From a virus (taxonomy: Duplodnaviria; Caudoviricetes): a DNA stretch of 64,000 nt. Positions 63,177 through 64,000 of the stretch are shown here, in pieces. The position numbers and the translations under genes were made by a program. The DNA lies in the IMG/VR virus record IMGVR_UViG_3300030376_005300, positions 36,987 to 100,986 of that record. One strand, written 5' to 3'. Every line of letters starts with the position of its first letter. Position 1 is the first letter of the stretch. The notes below the pieces were generated by a model that ran no database searches, was not told the DNA's origin, and was given only the letters and a program-made list of their open reading frames with translations.

Positions 63177-63698
63177 TCAGCCGAGTAGTGCCATCAACTC
63201 TTCATCGGTTGGCTGTCTTGCATTATCATAGTAGAAGCGGTCAATACTTGCTTGAGGTGAACTTGATGGTGGTTGGCTGAGCGCAAACCCACGCTCTTCC
63301 GGCCTACTCATTCTACTTATCTTCGGCCCTTCAAAACCCCCTACCAAATCAGTGCGTGGGATGGATGGGTCCTCAGCATAAGCGGTGCTTCGGTAATTGG
63401 GCTTTCCTGTTAAATTGATTGGCGAAAGGCTATCAAATTTGCTCTCATAACCTAAATTCTTTGTCGGGTCCATGAGACTTTGCATTACCGCATGGCGTTG
63501 AGCAGGGGTAAGGTACTGCGATAGTGCCATTGAGTAGGCATTGGGGTCAACGGTCCCGAGGTTTCCGACTCTACCTTCCAAATCATGGTGCTCTGCAAGG
63601 TCGGGATGCCTTCTTCCAAACCTCGTCCTCGCCGTGTGCGCTTGCATGCGAGGGTCAGACTTGAGCACGCTCCAAGCGATGTCAATAGGCCGACCCAT
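63177..63698 (-). CDS. Leader-bearing (PIDIAWSVLK) protein, 173 aa; paralog of 62528-63154
   Basis: Start reassigned to ATG 63698; T-rich TATA-like CTTTTTTA ~25 nt upstream. Confidence 0.75.
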   Translation of the reverse strand: MGRPIDIAWSVLKSDPRMQAHTARTRFGRRHPDLAEHHDLEGRVGNLGTVDPNAYSMALSQYLTPAQRHAVMQSLMDPTKNLGYESKFDSLSPINLTGKPNYRSTAYAEDPSIPRTDLVGGFEGPKISRMSRPEERGFALSQPPSSSPQASIDRFYYDNARQPTDEELMALLG

Positions 63699-63800
63699 GA
63701 CTATCGGAGGCGGGCTTAGGTAAAAAAGCCAGTGGTCTCTTTGTGATACCAAAACTTTTGTCACAATTTTTTTTGTGGAGCGCCGTGTGGGGTTAAAGGA

Positions 63801-63910
63801 GGCTAAACTCCCGTCTAAACTCCATCTCTCCGTCTAAACTGGGGCGTCTAAACTGGCCGTCTAAACCGCAGTAGCCCGTTCTATAGACCGTGGCACGGCG
63901 TCGTCTAAAC
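63801..63910 (+). repeat. Cluster of CGTCTAAAC direct repeats in non-coding DNA
   Basis: Exact copies at 63812, 63831, 63845, 63858 and 63902; degenerate GGCTAAAC at 63801. Confidence 0.9.
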
Positions 63911-64000
63911 TGCCTCGTGTCATGCGTACGCCTATAGGTGGTAGCGAGCCCGCTCCCGTTTGCGTAAGCCACCCGTCCCTCTCGTATGCGGGCGGGCCTG

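Noticed and set aside
63801-63910. CRISPR array
   Set aside because: Repeats are only 9 bp with mostly 4-10 bp gaps, and no cas genes are present
1-64000. tRNA/rRNA genes and alternative genetic code
   Set aside because: No cloverleaf or rRNA-like stretch seen in the few intergenic gaps; genes tile densely under the standard code

Overview
The window is the virion morphogenesis arm plus an adjacent accessory region of a tailed dsDNA (HK97-fold) virus with archaeal expression signals: GGTGA/GAGGTG Shine-Dalgarno sites, a TATA box ~25 nt before a leaderless start, and TGATG/ATGA-coupled genes. The capsid, protease and gene order resemble, from memory and not from a search, magroviruses of Marine Group II/Poseidoniales. 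Almost all genes are on the minus strand. Read right to left: a non-coding end with CGTCTAAAC repeats; an array of variable genes that includes an HMG-CoA lyase; a small-GTPase/membrane-protein operon; probable internal head proteins; terminase large subunit; LAGLIDADG protein; portal; a ~1900-aa protein with a degenerate DNA-ligase domain; prohead protease/scaffold; major capsid protein; head completion genes; tail tube; tail chaperones with a probable -1 frameshift; a very short tape-measure-like gene; two paralogous distal-tail-like proteins; a 5489-aa adhesin; and baseplate genes. The most striking unexplained pattern is a short peptide, (P)-hydrophobic-x-x-[AS]-W-x(1-2)-hydrophobic-hydrophobic-K. 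It occurs 13 times in 11 mostly unrelated genes, usually at the N-terminus, and ends in the same hydrophobic-hydrophobic-Lys signature found at the likely maturation sites of the capsid protein and protease. I interpret it as a candidate capsid-targeting, protease-cleavable leader for a swappable set of virion cargo proteins. All family assignments come from motif reading only.
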